64,000 nucleotides of DNA from NCBI RefSeq assembly GCF_018977255.1, contig NW_024704742.1, positions 86,492,001-86,556,000 of the forward strand. Reading direction: 5' to 3'. This DNA is from Callorhinchus milii. Taxonomy: Eukaryota. Below the pieces are notes generated by a model. It did not search any database, was not told where the DNA came from, and saw nothing but the letters and a program-made list of their open reading frames with translations. A program made the translations under genes and the position numbers. Shown here in pieces: positions 62,355 through 64,000 of the stretch (position 1 is the stretch's first letter; the number at the start of each line of letters is the position of its first letter).

Positions 62355-62666
62355 GAACAGCAACAACAAGATTACATTTATAGAGCGCCTTTCACGTCGG
62401 GGGTCAGGAACTGAGCATGGGGGAGGGGTGGTGTAGGGGTGAGGGAAGGCAGAGAGGTGGGAGGGCGACTGAAGGCACGACTGAAGAGGAGGGTCTTGAG
62501 ACCGGCCTTGAAGGAGGCAAGGGAGGAAATGAGGTGAAGGGACTGTGGGATAGAGTTCAAGAGTGTGGGGGCAGAGAGGCTGAAAGCTTGGCCACCGATG
62601 GTAGCACGGGTCGGGCGGGAGATATGGAGCAGACCGGAGCCCGCTGAATGGAGGGAGCGGGCAGGT
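62355..62666 (-). mobile_element. L2 3' fragment inserted into a + strand SINE (62250-62715)
   Basis: GGQAFSLSAPTLLNSIP...LKTLLF; SINE sequence resumes on both sides. Confidence 0.82.
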
Positions 62667-64000
62667 TGGGACATCTTTGAGATGTGAAAAGCGCTATATC
62701 AAATGCAAAGTTTTTTGTTATTTCTACTAAATGTAACAAATTGCTTATATTTTCACTTAAGCCCTACCATTTTGTTTTTGGGTCACCCTTCTTCAATTCC
62801 ACCCCCACAACACGCCATCCTCCTCACACCCTCCATCTTCTCAGCTGCTTCCCCCAGCTCAGGCGAAGGCATTGAGATGTCATCCCAGCTTGAAAAGCTC
62901 TGTCTGAATGTAAATTATTTTTGTTATGAATATGAACGTTCAGAATAACACAGAGTAAAATAGCCTTCGACCTAGAGAAAAACAACACACAAAAACAGCG
63001 CAGTGCATAGGAAAGCATTGATCACAGTCTGGGAGCACTGCTGATGACAAGTAGTACAAGGTCACCTAGTTACAGTGACTGCTCTTAAACTGATGCAGGA
63101 TGAGCCTTTACCTAGGAAAAAATGAGTTTGCTATGCTCTCGCTGGAAATCTGTAACTGTATACTTATAAATAACTTGAGTGCAACTGTATATGTATAATT
63201 TAATTTTAGGTGTATAAGGTAATATTACAGTATTTATAATTTAAAATGTGTAATTTGAAATTGCATTGTATTCGTTTCTAAGTGCCTAGCGAAAAATGCG
63301 GTAAACAGTTACAGAAAACACTTAGCCCACATCAACAAACTCACTGCAATGAAGGAATATAGCATAATAATCCATTTATTTGCTGGAATAATCTTTAACC
63401 CATCATTCTATGGAGAACTATCAGTGAATTACAAGACAATAATCTAGTTGAAGATGAGATCATAAACTTCAACACTGAGAATGAGATTGGATTTAATGCC
63501 TTCAATTTATTGTCAGCCATCCAGCATTATTTTCATTTCTAGGATTTTTATGTATGTATATGTTTCACAATCACATCTAGAGTATTAGTTCTAATATCCT
63601 GAGGAATGATCATGCAATTAATTGATGAAACTTCAACTATTTCTACAAGTCTCATTACGATTGTATCTTTTTCTTAACTTATCTCGGGATATAGGCGATG
63701 TTGGCATTTTACCAGCATTTATTGCCCTTCCCTGATTTCTTTACATTGCTGGTGTCCTATAGTGATGGTGTTCCTAAAATGGTGTTGCGTAGGATTTTGA
63801 CCCAGTGATGATGATTTTTTTTGGTCAGCCTGGTGACTGACACATGTGAAAACCCATCCTCCTGCTTAAGAGTTACCATATCAAACTGAGAATTCCATAC
63901 ATCCAACCCACACGTAGAAATAGCAGAGATATTTAATGGGATGCGCACTCTCTCCCTGGAGGGACGCATCCTGCTTACCTAATTCTGGAAAACATTAGGC

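Noticed and set aside
54000..64000. Exons of the expected downstream neighbour (APBA1)
   Set aside because: No recognisable coding exon or CpG-island promoter found in this interval.

Overview
Eukaryotic (vertebrate) genomic DNA, most likely a cartilaginous fish and plausibly a holocephalan, judging from the SINE/L2/CR1 repertoire (inference). Two spliced genes lie head-to-head. (1) A complete PTAR1 on the + strand: 7 coding exons from 18250 to 49603, all GT-AG, phases consistent, 1308 nt = 435 aa, followed by a long repeat-poor putative 3' UTR. (2) The 5' part of CFAP95/C9orf135 on the - strand: 3 coding exons at 8858-8761, 7126-7018 and 638-520, none of which is in the ORF track; the gene continues past the left edge. 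Three large simple satellites surround the two promoters, and every long ORF in the track (9.4-12.5, 17-18.3, 18.3-26.9 kb) is an artefact of them. The rest is tRNA-derived SINEs (a young family and an older Deu-type family), L2 and CR1 LINEs including one near-full-length CR1, and several MITEs, often nested. I see no convincing new protein-coding system. The most unusual observations are mirror-image purine-rich satellites downstream of both divergent promoters, a ~55-bp PTAR1 core promoter between satellites, a SINE head turned into a perfect 30-bp hairpin, and an interspersed repeat family I cannot name. Repeat boundaries are approximate, and homology calls come from my memory of the proteins and families, not from a search.
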